Below are positions 1-7,431 of a stretch of DNA of 64,000 bases, one piece after another. Position 1 is the first letter of the stretch. Each line of letters starts with the position of its first letter. The stretch covers positions 465,777-529,776 of the forward strand of contig JAFGCJ010000002.1 of the NCBI GenBank assembly GCA_016932785.1, read 5' to 3'. The notes under the pieces are model-generated. The model was given only the letters and a program-made list of their open reading frames with translations. It did no database searches and was not told the DNA's origin. The DNA is from Candidatus Dojkabacteria bacterium (lineage in GTDB: Bacteria > Patescibacteriota > Dojkabacteria > SC72 > JAFGCJ01). Both the position numbers and the translations under genes were made by a program.

Positions 1-5
1 GGTGA

Positions 6-37
6 GTGAACGCCACATATTGGTGGCGTTCACTTTT
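6..37 (+). terminator. Rho-independent terminator of a gene lying upstream of the window
   Basis: Perfect 11-bp stem GTGAACGCCAC(6-16)/GTGGCGTTCAC(23-33), 6-nt loop, then TTTT(34-37) on the + strand; convergent with thrS. Confidence 0.55.
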
Positions 38-60
38 CCGTTTTTGCATTCACCGTGTAA

Positions 61-1401
61 CTAGACCCTAACCTGCTCACTAACCCTCAAAGGCCATGAG
101 TAATTTAGGAATACTTTCTCAGAATTTTCCCTTGCAACTCTATTAAGTACTGGCTTCAGTGACACCCGTGGATCCTTTTGACTAAGTTCCTTTTCCCCAA
201 ACACTACAATCTCAGGAACAAGATCCTCCTTAGCCATCTTTATCCTCTTCGATACACTTTCATTTCTATCATCTAACTCTATCCTTGCGACACCAGGCCC
301 CAGGTCACGGACTAACTTAACAGCAGAATCAAAATACTTTTCGCTTACTGGAATAACACGTGCCTGAATAGGATTTAGCCAAAGAGGAAAGTTCTCAGGA
401 AGACCATCTATCGCCATATACAGATATCTCTCAATTCCTCCAGGAACAGCAGAATGAATAATAGCCGGATACTTGTAATCTCCGTCATCATCCAGATATT
501 TAATTCCAAGCCGCTTAGCATTACCAACATCTATCTGAATACAGCATATTTCACGCGACTGACCAAGTTTATCAACAATCTTATAATCGGCATTGATGAT
601 CCAGTATTTATCTTTTTTATCCTGATCTATCTCAATAAGAACGTCACGACCGAAATTCTTAGCAACAGCCTTAATCTGACTCTTATATTCTTCCCATACC
701 TTATCAGATGCAACTTCAATCAGGAACTGGTATTCCCTCCCAACTGCTCTACCCGCCTCAATAAGCTTTTTTTCTATTTTCGGATACCACCGAAAAGCCT
801 CCTCAACATCCCTAAAATACGGATGGAGGTCAGGCATGAAAAACCTTCTCAGGCGGTACATAAGCATGCATTCCCCACTCTGCTCGTACCTATAACAGTC
901 AGAGAGAGAAAAATGCGCAAAAGGAAGACCATTCTTGCTTAATTGATACCTGGAAGCCAAGTTAAACTGAGGATAACTGGCATCATAGCTCATTACCATT
1001 TCTTTCTTACCAGGTTTAAGCTTGAAGAGACGCCCACCGAATAGTCCAGCATAGCTCCGTACGACAGGATATGACATGTCAAACATATTCGAGCCTCTAA
1101 CCTCAAATACCGGAAAACCAATTTCACTGACAAGCTTTCGTGCATATTCCTTAACAAGCTCCATCATGAGATTAGCTTTATAGTCGGACCTCATGAATCC
1201 TATTTCTGCATTGTCCTCCCAGTCGAACCCGAATTTTTTAGCATACCTAAGATAATCAGATTTTCTATCAGGATCTTTCTTACCATTTATCTCAGCTTCA
1301 AGAAAGACCTTAAAATCAGGATTTACAGACGAAGAACCAAGGAGTTCTGACGGCCGATACTCCTTACCTTTGTCATCTATAACAATATATTTACCTTTCA
1401 T
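61..1401 (-). CDS. thrS: threonine--tRNA ligase, catalytic and anticodon-binding domains only (no TGS/editing N-terminus)
   Basis: 446-aa ORF. Class II aaRS motifs match ThrRS: 'LSDCYRYEQSGE' (cf. E. coli 'GSCHRNEPSG', zinc Cys), 'PDLH' (cf. 'DDAH'), 'IIHSAVPGGIERYLYMAI' (motif 3 with zinc His), and a C-terminal anticodon-binding fold 'IQARVIPVSEKY'. Confidence 0.8.
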   Translation of the reverse strand: MKGKYIVIDDKGKEYRPSELLGSSSVNPDFKVFLEAEINGKKDPDRKSDYLRYAKKFGFDWEDNAEIGFMRSDYKANLMMELVKEYARKLVSEIGFPVFEVRGSNMFDMSYPVVRSYAGLFGGRLFKLKPGKKEMVMSYDASYPQFNLASRYQLSKNGLPFAHFSLSDCYRYEQSGECMLMYRLRRFFMPDLHPYFRDVEEAFRWYPKIEKKLIEAGRAVGREYQFLIEVASDKVWEEYKSQIKAVAKNFGRDVLIEIDQDKKDKYWIINADYKIVDKLGQSREICCIQIDVGNAKRLGIKYLDDDGDYKYPAIIHSAVPGGIERYLYMAIDGLPENFPLWLNPIQARVIPVSEKYFDSAVKLVRDLGPGVARIELDDRNESVSKRIKMAKEDLVPEIVVFGEKELSQKDPRVSLKPVLNRVARENSEKVFLNYSWPLRVSEQVRV

Positions 1402-1485
1402 TATATTAACAATAAAAAATTATCAAACCTTCTACGGTAGATGCCGCTGCATGAGCCTTGATATTGATAGAAAAACTAGAGACAA

Positions 1486-1510
1486 TAAAAAAGCTCCCTG
1501 TCGGGAGCTC
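1486..1510 (-). terminator. intrinsic terminator inside the thrS leader (attenuator segments 3:4)
   Basis: Minus-strand RNA GAGCUCCC-GACA-GGGAGCUU followed by a U6 run, 85 nt upstream of the thrS ATG. Confidence 0.8.
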
Positions 1511-1551
1511 AAATTACAAAGGAAAATCTAGCACATACCCCGACAGGCCAC

Positions 1552-1608
1552 TTACGTGGTCGTTGTCGTGGATGAAACTAGATTTTGTCCGAATACATAT
1601 TTATACAT
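1552..1608 (-). CDS. putative thrS leader peptide MYKYVFGQNLVSSTTTTT (18 aa)
   Basis: ATG TAT AAA TAT GTA TTC GGA CAA AAT CTA GTT TCA TCC ACG ACA ACG ACC ACG TAA read on the minus strand. Five consecutive Thr codons end at the stop. The ORF overlaps the 5' arms of the leader hairpin and lies below the 60-aa cutoff of the ORF track. Confidence 0.6.
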   Translation of the reverse strand: MYKYVFGQNLVSSTTTTT

Positions 1609-1618
1609 ATCTATTTAC

Positions 1619-1627
1619 ATTATACCA
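1619..1627 (-). promoter_or_regulatory. extended -10 element TGgTATAAT for the thrS leader transcript
   Basis: Minus strand reads TGGTATAAT, ending 10 nt before the leader-peptide ATG. No good -35 at 17-nt spacing. Read-through from the HD gene is an alternative source of the transcript. Confidence 0.4.
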
Positions 1628-1642
1628 TAAGTCAACTATAGG

Positions 1643-2191
1643 CTACAATCCAAGATCCTCATTTATTCCTTTCATTGCGTCCAAAACCACCTCTACATGC
1701 TCATCAAAATCCACTCCAAGCTCCTCAGCACCTTTTATTAACTCCTCTCGGTTAATAGCTTTCGCAAATTCCTTCTTCTTCATAGATTTTTTAACAGACT
1801 TAAGGTCCACATTATCGAGATCTCCACCTCTAACCAAAGCACAAGCAACTATGAACCCGGTAAGTTCATCGACTGCCTGCAAAGCCTTCGAGATCCTGTT
1901 TTTGCGCTCTTCATACGCTGTACAGGGACCATGCTGCATAATAGCCTCTATGACATCATCTTCCACCCCAGCCTCTTCTAGCAGTTGTTTTCCCCATGGT
2001 GAAGGATGTCTTTCGCCCATTTTTTCGTAGTCGACGTCATGAAGAATCCCACAGACCTGCCATTTTTCTTCGTCTTCATTAAACCTAGCAGCATACGCCT
2101 TCATAGCAGCCGCTACTGCAAGCATGTGTTTAACAAGATTCTTATTTGAGGTATGTTGATTTACTAGGGTTAAAGCTTCCTGTTTTGTCAT
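1643..2191 (-). CDS. stand-alone HD-domain phosphohydrolase
   Basis: 182-aa ORF with HD signature 'CGILHDVDYEK' and an upstream His ('KHMLAVAA'). Confidence 0.7.
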   Translation of the reverse strand: MTKQEALTLVNQHTSNKNLVKHMLAVAAAMKAYAARFNEDEEKWQVCGILHDVDYEKMGERHPSPWGKQLLEEAGVEDDVIEAIMQHGPCTAYEERKNRISKALQAVDELTGFIVACALVRGGDLDNVDLKSVKKSMKKKEFAKAINREELIKGAEELGVDFDEHVEVVLDAMKGINEDLGL

Positions 2192-2303
2192 ATTGATAAA
2201 ATTACAATTAAATACTTAGTGTCTATATTACCTTACTAAATCTTGTTTTTCAAAGGGTTAAAATACCAACACTTGTTTTTGTTGATCACTATTGACAACA
2301 GCG

Positions 2304-2332
2304 TTGATCCAGTCTCAGATCTGTTGTATAAT
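2304..2332 (+). promoter_or_regulatory. sigma70-like promoter TTGATC-17nt-TATAAT
   Basis: TTGATC at 2304-2309 and TATAAT at 2327-2332. The -10 context TGTTGTATAAT recurs at 7727-7737. Confidence 0.45.
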
Positions 2333-2407
2333 ACACTATAGGATTAATAAGTAATAAGAAATTATTCTCATTAGTCCCTAGTTCATTAACAATCTGGGCG
2401 AAAATGC

Positions 2408-2459
2408 TTGCTCAGACAATGATTTCATGAATATTTCGTGGGATTTTTGTCTGAGCAAC
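2408..2459 (+). promoter_or_regulatory. 5' UTR hairpin (12-bp perfect inverted repeat, 28-nt loop)
   Basis: TTGCTCAGACAA (2408-2419) and TTGTCTGAGCAA (2448-2459); no U-tract follows, so it is not a terminator. Confidence 0.45.
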
Positions 2460-2524
2460 ATTAAGACCAAGTGCCACTCGGCACTCTGAAAAACAGTCTC
2501 TATTATTGTTTTACGGAGGAAAAA

Positions 2525-3439
2525 ATGACTAGCAATAAAAACCCACGCGTGGCGAGAACGTATTCTCGCCGGAGCAGAACGCTGTCTATGGGTCTGCTCT
2601 GTGGACTTTTTCTTTTGGTTGTAACAGCTTGCGTTTCACCAGTGTCAACAACATCACCGACCGAAGTGCCAATCGCGGCAAAGACTTCAACCGAGCAACC
2701 GGCTACATACGTTGCACCAACGACCGAGTATTACTATGAGGTCAAGGTCACCGGCAAAGATAAGGAGGGGGTAACAATCTACCAAGAGTTCAAGCATCTG
2801 AGCTTGGACACTCCCTCTCGGCTAGAAGACAAACCCGTCCGGGTCGCTACCCTAGAGGTAGCACTGGTCAATACGGATGGCGGGTACAACCAGCCATACC
2901 AGGCTCTTCCAGTGTTTATCCTCCTCAGCGTGCAGAAATGGGAAGACGAAGACACTAGCATGCATCTCATGACAAAAGCCGAGGAAGTTAATCACACTGT
3001 GTCTTTTGGAGACATCCCCATAACCCTTGCAGTGCTGAGGGTCATGGCAACAAAGAACGAGGAGACCATTGGAATACCAAGGCCTACTGACCCATCGGTC
3101 GAGACCGAGCCTCACTACGAGTGCGAGGTCCACATAGCCGGCTTCGACGAAATGGGCACTCAAGTGTATCGGCAGTACAAGTGGATGACAGCCGGTGCAA
3201 CCGTCCAACTCGAGCCGAAACCTGAAGGAATGATAGAGCTCAGCGTTGCTATCAATAAATGCACTGAGGGGTACAACACCCCATGGCCCGAAGGATTACC
3301 GCGGTGGGTCAACTTCCAGATCACCGACAAAGACAACAACACAACCCCTTACGGAGTCCAGGTCCTGTTATACCAACAATACTATAGTATTATCACAGAC
3401 TCAAAGGAAGGTGATCTGAAAATCACTCTCGATAAGTAA
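2525..3439 (+). CDS. lipoprotein of unknown function with an internal tandem domain duplication
   Basis: Strong SD GGAGG 5 nt upstream of ATG 2525 (the track start GTG 2471 is less likely). Signal peptide with lipobox 'LVVTAC'. Two related modules: 'YYYEVKVTGKDKEGVTIYQEFKHL...' and 'PHYECEVHIAGFDEMGTQVYRQYKWM...'. Confidence 0.7.
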   Translation: MTSNKNPRVARTYSRRSRTLSMGLLCGLFLLVVTACVSPVSTTSPTEVPIAAKTSTEQPATYVAPTTEYYYEVKVTGKDKEGVTIYQEFKHLSLDTPSRLEDKPVRVATLEVALVNTDGGYNQPYQALPVFILLSVQKWEDEDTSMHLMTKAEEVNHTVSFGDIPITLAVLRVMATKNEETIGIPRPTDPSVETEPHYECEVHIAGFDEMGTQVYRQYKWMTAGATVQLEPKPEGMIELSVAINKCTEGYNTPWPEGLPRWVNFQITDKDNNTTPYGVQVLLYQQYYSIITDSKEGDLKITLDK

Positions 3440-3471
3440 CCAACCCGATAATTCGCCCAGATCAGGAAAAT

Positions 3472-3520
3472 GGAGGACCCACAACACACCATGCTTTCAT
3501 CGAAGCACTGTGGGCCCTCC
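3472..3520. terminator. hairpin between convergent genes (likely terminator, better U-tract on the minus strand)
   Basis: GGAGGACCCACA (3472-3483) pairs with TGTGGGCCCTCC (3509-3520) with one mismatch. On the minus strand it is followed by AUUUUCC. Confidence 0.45.
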
Positions 3521-3558
3521 AATTCCAATAACCACAACAACAGCCCACGACCTTAGAC

Positions 3559-4338
3559 TCACCTACTCGCCCCACTGTAAAACCTCAATCCAAACCTCCA
3601 AAAAGTCTCCGCAAATACATTCCACATCAAAGCGAGCCCTATTCCAACAATTCCATACCACCATTCTAATTTTCCTACCAATATTGCCGCCGGAACAGTA
3701 GATAAAAATGCCATAGGTATGCCCCAATAGAAAATTTCTTTCGACTTCCCCCATAAATCTACCGGATACTTTGTAAGCACAACAAGAGGACTTGCAACAT
3801 GATCGAGATACGTCTCAGTAGTCCAAAACGCCAAAGAATTTACCATCAAAAAGATACACTTAACAATAGAGACACCGACAACAAGGGATAACACGACTCC
3901 AAACACTTCTAAAACACCAACTGTCAAATTCATCCCGCCAATATTTATTCCGACAAAAACCACACCAACCAATACATCAGAAATCCTGGAAACATCAGCC
4001 TCAAGATATGACACATAAAAAGACGAGCCTACTGGCCTCAGCAAGACTTCGTCCAAACTTCCTGAATTAATTTTCGATTCAAGATTACTAATACCTGTAC
4101 GATAAAGTACCCAGGCTAGCCCGTTTGATATGTAATAGAAACCAAGTATTAATATTGCTTCATTTTTCTTCCAACCTGCTATTTCATCTACATGTTCATA
4201 AGGCAAGGTTAAAACAACATACATAATTCCTGTCATAAGAATCATGGAGAAAAGCCTAAAAAGCATGTCAAAACGATAGACAGCAAACTGTTTGAGATAA
4301 AGAACCACAAATTGTATCCATACTTTTATTTTCCTCAT
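3559..4338 (-). CDS. ABC-2 family transporter permease (COG3694/COG4587-like)
   Basis: About 6 TM helices and the family hallmark 'GSLDEVLLRPV'. The likely start is MRKIKVW at 4338, forming an ATGA overlap with the upstream stop. Confidence 0.65.
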   Translation of the reverse strand: MRKIKVWIQFVVLYLKQFAVYRFDMLFRLFSMILMTGIMYVVLTLPYEHVDEIAGWKKNEAILILGFYYISNGLAWVLYRTGISNLESKINSGSLDEVLLRPVGSSFYVSYLEADVSRISDVLVGVVFVGINIGGMNLTVGVLEVFGVVLSLVVGVSIVKCIFLMVNSLAFWTTETYLDHVASPLVVLTKYPVDLWGKSKEIFYWGIPMAFLSTVPAAILVGKLEWWYGIVGIGLALMWNVFAETFWRFGLRFYSGASR

Positions 4339-5147
4339 GCTCCTACAGACTCGTAATTTTTTATTCCCACACGAAACACAACCTGCAAAGCTGCATACTC
4401 TACAATTATCCATGCCATGCAGATGATAAAGCCTCTGATAATCTCTTCATTTGAAATGAGCCCCTGAAAAACTTCAATTGGAAATGACACAACATATCTA
4501 AATGGCATAATCTTCGTTATCCCAAAGGCCCATGCGGGCAGTAACACTAAGGGAACAGTAATCCCTCCAAAAAGCCTATATGCTGACCAATAGACCGTGG
4601 AGAGTCCATCAAGTTTCACCCAAAACAGCGCAAGATGCGCAAGAAACATATCAAGGTAAAATCTAACAAACGTCGCAAGTATAACGGCAACAAAAAAAAG
4701 ACCAATATTGGATATCGTGACTTCAAACAAACCCTTCGACTGAAGTATAAACAGCCAGATAAACCAAAATGGGAGTAATGCCGCCAGTGTAACAACACGG
4801 TCAGACCAATCTGCACCGATTCTAAATCCAATAATACCTTTTGGCCACAGCAAATACTTAGTATATCGGCCTTCCCTAATCTCTTTACGAAGAGTATCAA
4901 ATGTCCACGACCGTGTAATCCTATTCATTAAGGCCGTCAGTAGATAGTAGCTTAGTATTTCGGCACCACTCATAACGAGGTCTGCGCTTTCCTGTGCCGT
5001 TACATACCACAATACCGACCAGATAATAGGCTCCAAGATACCTGAGATTATCCAAACAATCAGTTTCAATCTATACACTGACCACATATCCAGCTTCAGA
5101 AGAAACACCGACCAGATATATTTTAGCTCAATTACTATCTTTCCCAT
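4335..5147 (-). CDS. ABC-2 family transporter permease (paired subunit)
   Basis: 270-aa polytopic membrane ORF with 'IREGRYTKYLLWPKG' in the position of the family 'G..D..L.rP' motif; translationally coupled to the downstream permease. Confidence 0.6.
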   Translation of the reverse strand: MGKIVIELKYIWSVFLLKLDMWSVYRLKLIVWIISGILEPIIWSVLWYVTAQESADLVMSGAEILSYYLLTALMNRITRSWTFDTLRKEIREGRYTKYLLWPKGIIGFRIGADWSDRVVTLAALLPFWFIWLFILQSKGLFEVTISNIGLFFVAVILATFVRFYLDMFLAHLALFWVKLDGLSTVYWSAYRLFGGITVPLVLLPAWAFGITKIMPFRYVVSFPIEVFQGLISNEEIIRGFIICMAWIIVEYAALQVVFRVGIKNYESVGA

Positions 5148-5406
5148 TTTTCAATTCTTTCAACTTCCACATAAAAACCTTAGCCTTACTTTTTGCCTTA
5201 GGATAATCAAGTGCGAACATTAGCGCCTGTTCAAGAAGTGCCCTTTTCTCCTTCTTCGCCAATTTGATATAGAGTGATTTATGACTAAGATCATTCAGCT
5301 TTAATGCCAGCCGATAACCATAATCTTGAAACTCATGGGAAACATATTTATGACGGTCAAACAGCTCCTTCTGCTGTTTCTTTAGAAGGTCCTTTACTTT
5401 CTTCAT
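5128..5406 (-). CDS. small basic hypothetical protein
   Basis: 92-aa Lys-rich helical ORF, co-oriented, 57 nt downstream of lysS, overlapping the permease start by 20 nt; no recognisable motif. Confidence 0.4.
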   Translation of the reverse strand: MKKVKDLLKKQQKELFDRHKYVSHEFQDYGYRLALKLNDLSHKSLYIKLAKKEKRALLEQALMFALDYPKAKSKAKVFMWKLKELKNGKDSN

Positions 5407-5463
5407 ATAGCATATTCTCTCAAAAAGAGTACCCTAATAACAAGCACCGAATCCAAAAACAGA

Positions 5464-7353
5464 CTATTTATACAGCTTAAAATCCTTTGTCAGCTCGGTC
5501 ACTATCTCACTATTTCCGCACAGTGCTACTCCCCAATACTCCATTTTTTCATGTTTACTATTTTCAATTGCAGCATTGAGATCATCGTCAGTTCTTGTCG
5601 TAAACATCTCCGAGGGATAATCCACCATAATAACACTCTTATCTCTAGCCTCTTCTACAACCTTTTTTATATCTGCTTTCGAAGCTTTAAGTATTATTAC
5701 CGGATATCTAGAGATTCCTCGGTGAATATTTCCCTCGGAATCAACATAGGCATTCCGCCCCATTATGTCTCCACCCCTACGTCCAACAGCAACATCCAGA
5801 TGACCGACCACATTCATCGCTACACCGATATCAAGATCATCTGCAACCACTACTGTAATCTTCTGATCATCATAAGGATATCTCTCCTCCGGTTTCTTTT
5901 CGACATCTTCTTTCTTTTTCATTATAGGGAACCACAACACATCATCAATATTCTCCGTTTCAGTTAGCATCATTGCTATCCGTTCAATCCCAGGCCCAAG
6001 ACCTGTCGTAGGAGGCATACCAAATTCCATAGCCTCAAGGAAATCCATATCCATCGGATGTGCATCTTCCTCTCCCATCTCTTTCCTTCTTTGCTGTTCC
6101 TCAAACCTCTCACGAAGTTCAACCGGATCATTAAGCTCAGTCCAATTATCACCAGTCTCTATCCCTCCAATATAAAGCTCAAATCTTTCCACATACTTAT
6201 CACTGCCGGGAATTCTTTTGCAAAGAGGCGATATTTCAACAGGATGACCGTAAACAATTGTAGGCTGGATCAATTCAGGACCTACGACGGCTTCCATATA
6301 TACTACAAGAGCCTCGCCAACAGAGGGCTGTGGCTCAAGCTTTGCTTTCGTTAGGATCTCATTTGCTTCATCCTTTGTCATTTTGTCAAAGTCAAGACCA
6401 GTTTCCTCTCTTACAAGATCAACCATCATAACCCTCCTCCACTCCTGATCAAAATTCACTTTCTCTCCCTTGATTGTATATTCAAACCGTTTAAATACAT
6501 TCTCACAGATATACCTATACATCTCTTCCGTAAGGTCCATATTGTATTCATAGTTCTTATAGGCACTCATGGTTTCAAGCATGGAGAATTCAGGATTGTG
6601 GGCCCTATCAACACCCTCATTTCTGAATAGTCGCCCTATGGTAAAAACATTCTCAAAACCAGCAACAACTGCACGTTTCAAATAGAGCTCATTTGCAATA
6701 GCAAGATATACATCTACATCTAGGGCATTAATGTGAGTAATGAATGGCTCCGCATTAGTACCCCCATAGGTCGGTTGAAGGATAGGACAATCAACCTCAA
6801 TGAAATCTCGATCCCAAAGGAATTCACGAATTGCCTTTTCTATTCCTGTACGTTTAAGTATTCTATCTCTAGCTTCTTCATTAAGAAGAAAATCCAGATA
6901 TCTTCTGCGATATCGGGACTCAACATCCTTGAGACCTTTATTTTTTTCTGGCAAAGGTCTAACTGATTTAGTCAGAATCGAAATTTTCTCAGCCTCCACA
7001 GAAACCTCTCCGGTTTTACTTTTTACCACGGTTCCTGTCGCATCGATGAAATCTCCGACATCATAGAGCTTTAACTGATCATTAATACCCTCCAGATCTT
7101 CTTTTCTCAGCATAACCTGTATATCACCGGATTCATCACGTAATTTGATAAAACCTAGTTTCCCAAAATCTCTCCAGAACATGATTCTTCCAGCAACAGT
7201 AACCTTTTTACCCTGGTATTTAGAGTAATCACCGGTAATATCGCCGGCCATATCTGTCCGGCCAGACTTTGTAGCATACGGATCAATTCCGAGCTTACGA
7301 AAAGCTTCAGCTTTCTGAATTCTTTCTTCCATTATTTTTTCCAGCATTGCCAT
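5464..7353 (-). CDS. lysS: lysine--tRNA ligase (class II) fused to a C-terminal DUF2000/PTH2-like domain
   Basis: 629-aa ORF with an OB-fold N-domain, 'FRNEGVDRAHNPEFSMLE' (motif 2) and 'GLGPGIERIAMML' (motif 3), then a linker and an extra 132-aa domain (5467-5862). Confidence 0.9.
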   Translation of the reverse strand: MAMLEKIMEERIQKAEAFRKLGIDPYATKSGRTDMAGDITGDYSKYQGKKVTVAGRIMFWRDFGKLGFIKLRDESGDIQVMLRKEDLEGINDQLKLYDVGDFIDATGTVVKSKTGEVSVEAEKISILTKSVRPLPEKNKGLKDVESRYRRRYLDFLLNEEARDRILKRTGIEKAIREFLWDRDFIEVDCPILQPTYGGTNAEPFITHINALDVDVYLAIANELYLKRAVVAGFENVFTIGRLFRNEGVDRAHNPEFSMLETMSAYKNYEYNMDLTEEMYRYICENVFKRFEYTIKGEKVNFDQEWRRVMMVDLVREETGLDFDKMTKDEANEILTKAKLEPQPSVGEALVVYMEAVVGPELIQPTIVYGHPVEISPLCKRIPGSDKYVERFELYIGGIETGDNWTELNDPVELRERFEEQQRRKEMGEEDAHPMDMDFLEAMEFGMPPTTGLGPGIERIAMMLTETENIDDVLWFPIMKKKEDVEKKPEERYPYDDQKITVVVADDLDIGVAMNVVGHLDVAVGRRGGDIMGRNAYVDSEGNIHRGISRYPVIILKASKADIKKVVEEARDKSVIMVDYPSEMFTTRTDDDLNAAIENSKHEKMEYWGVALCGNSEIVTELTKDFKLYK

Positions 7354-7380
7354 ATCAATAGTATACTAAATTTAGACAAC

Positions 7381-7431
7381 AAAAAGCCCCTCACCAATAT
7401 TTACCAATTTTAGTAAACATTTGTGAAGGGC
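7381..7431 (-). terminator. intrinsic terminator in the lysS leader
   Basis: Minus-strand RNA GCCCUUCAC...GUGAGGGGC (9-bp stem, extended by AUGUUUAC/GUAAAUAU) followed by UUUUU; it ends 27 nt upstream of the lysS ATG. Confidence 0.7.

Noticed and set aside
454-942. Many long antisense or shadow ORFs, for example 454-942, 1458-2030, 20727-21422, 30139-30777, 38730-39317, 43771-44328 and 52766-53197.
   Set aside because: Each is fully embedded opposite a confidently identified conserved gene and has low-complexity or odd composition. They are typical shadow frames in AT-rich DNA.
1520-1590. Long hairpin with a GUAA tetraloop, first read as a possible 4.5S/SRP-like small RNA.
   Set aside because: It lacks the conserved SRP domain IV motifs. 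It is explained better as segments 1:2 of the thrS attenuator, because it overlaps the Thr-codon leader ORF and competes with the terminator.
2328-2345. Resemblance of the 18-mer (…ACACTATAGGA…) to SP6/T7-type phage RNA polymerase promoter cores.
   Set aside because: Only about 9 nt match, the upstream recognition half is absent, and no single-subunit RNAP or phage genes are in the window. A sigma70 -10 (TATAAT/CATAAT) overlaps the motif and explains it more simply.
4335-4338. Alternative genetic code (UGA recoding, as in some candidate phyla).
   Set aside because: TGA works as a stop at sensible gene ends, for example the ATGA stop/start overlap here. Conserved proteins have normal lengths under the standard code.
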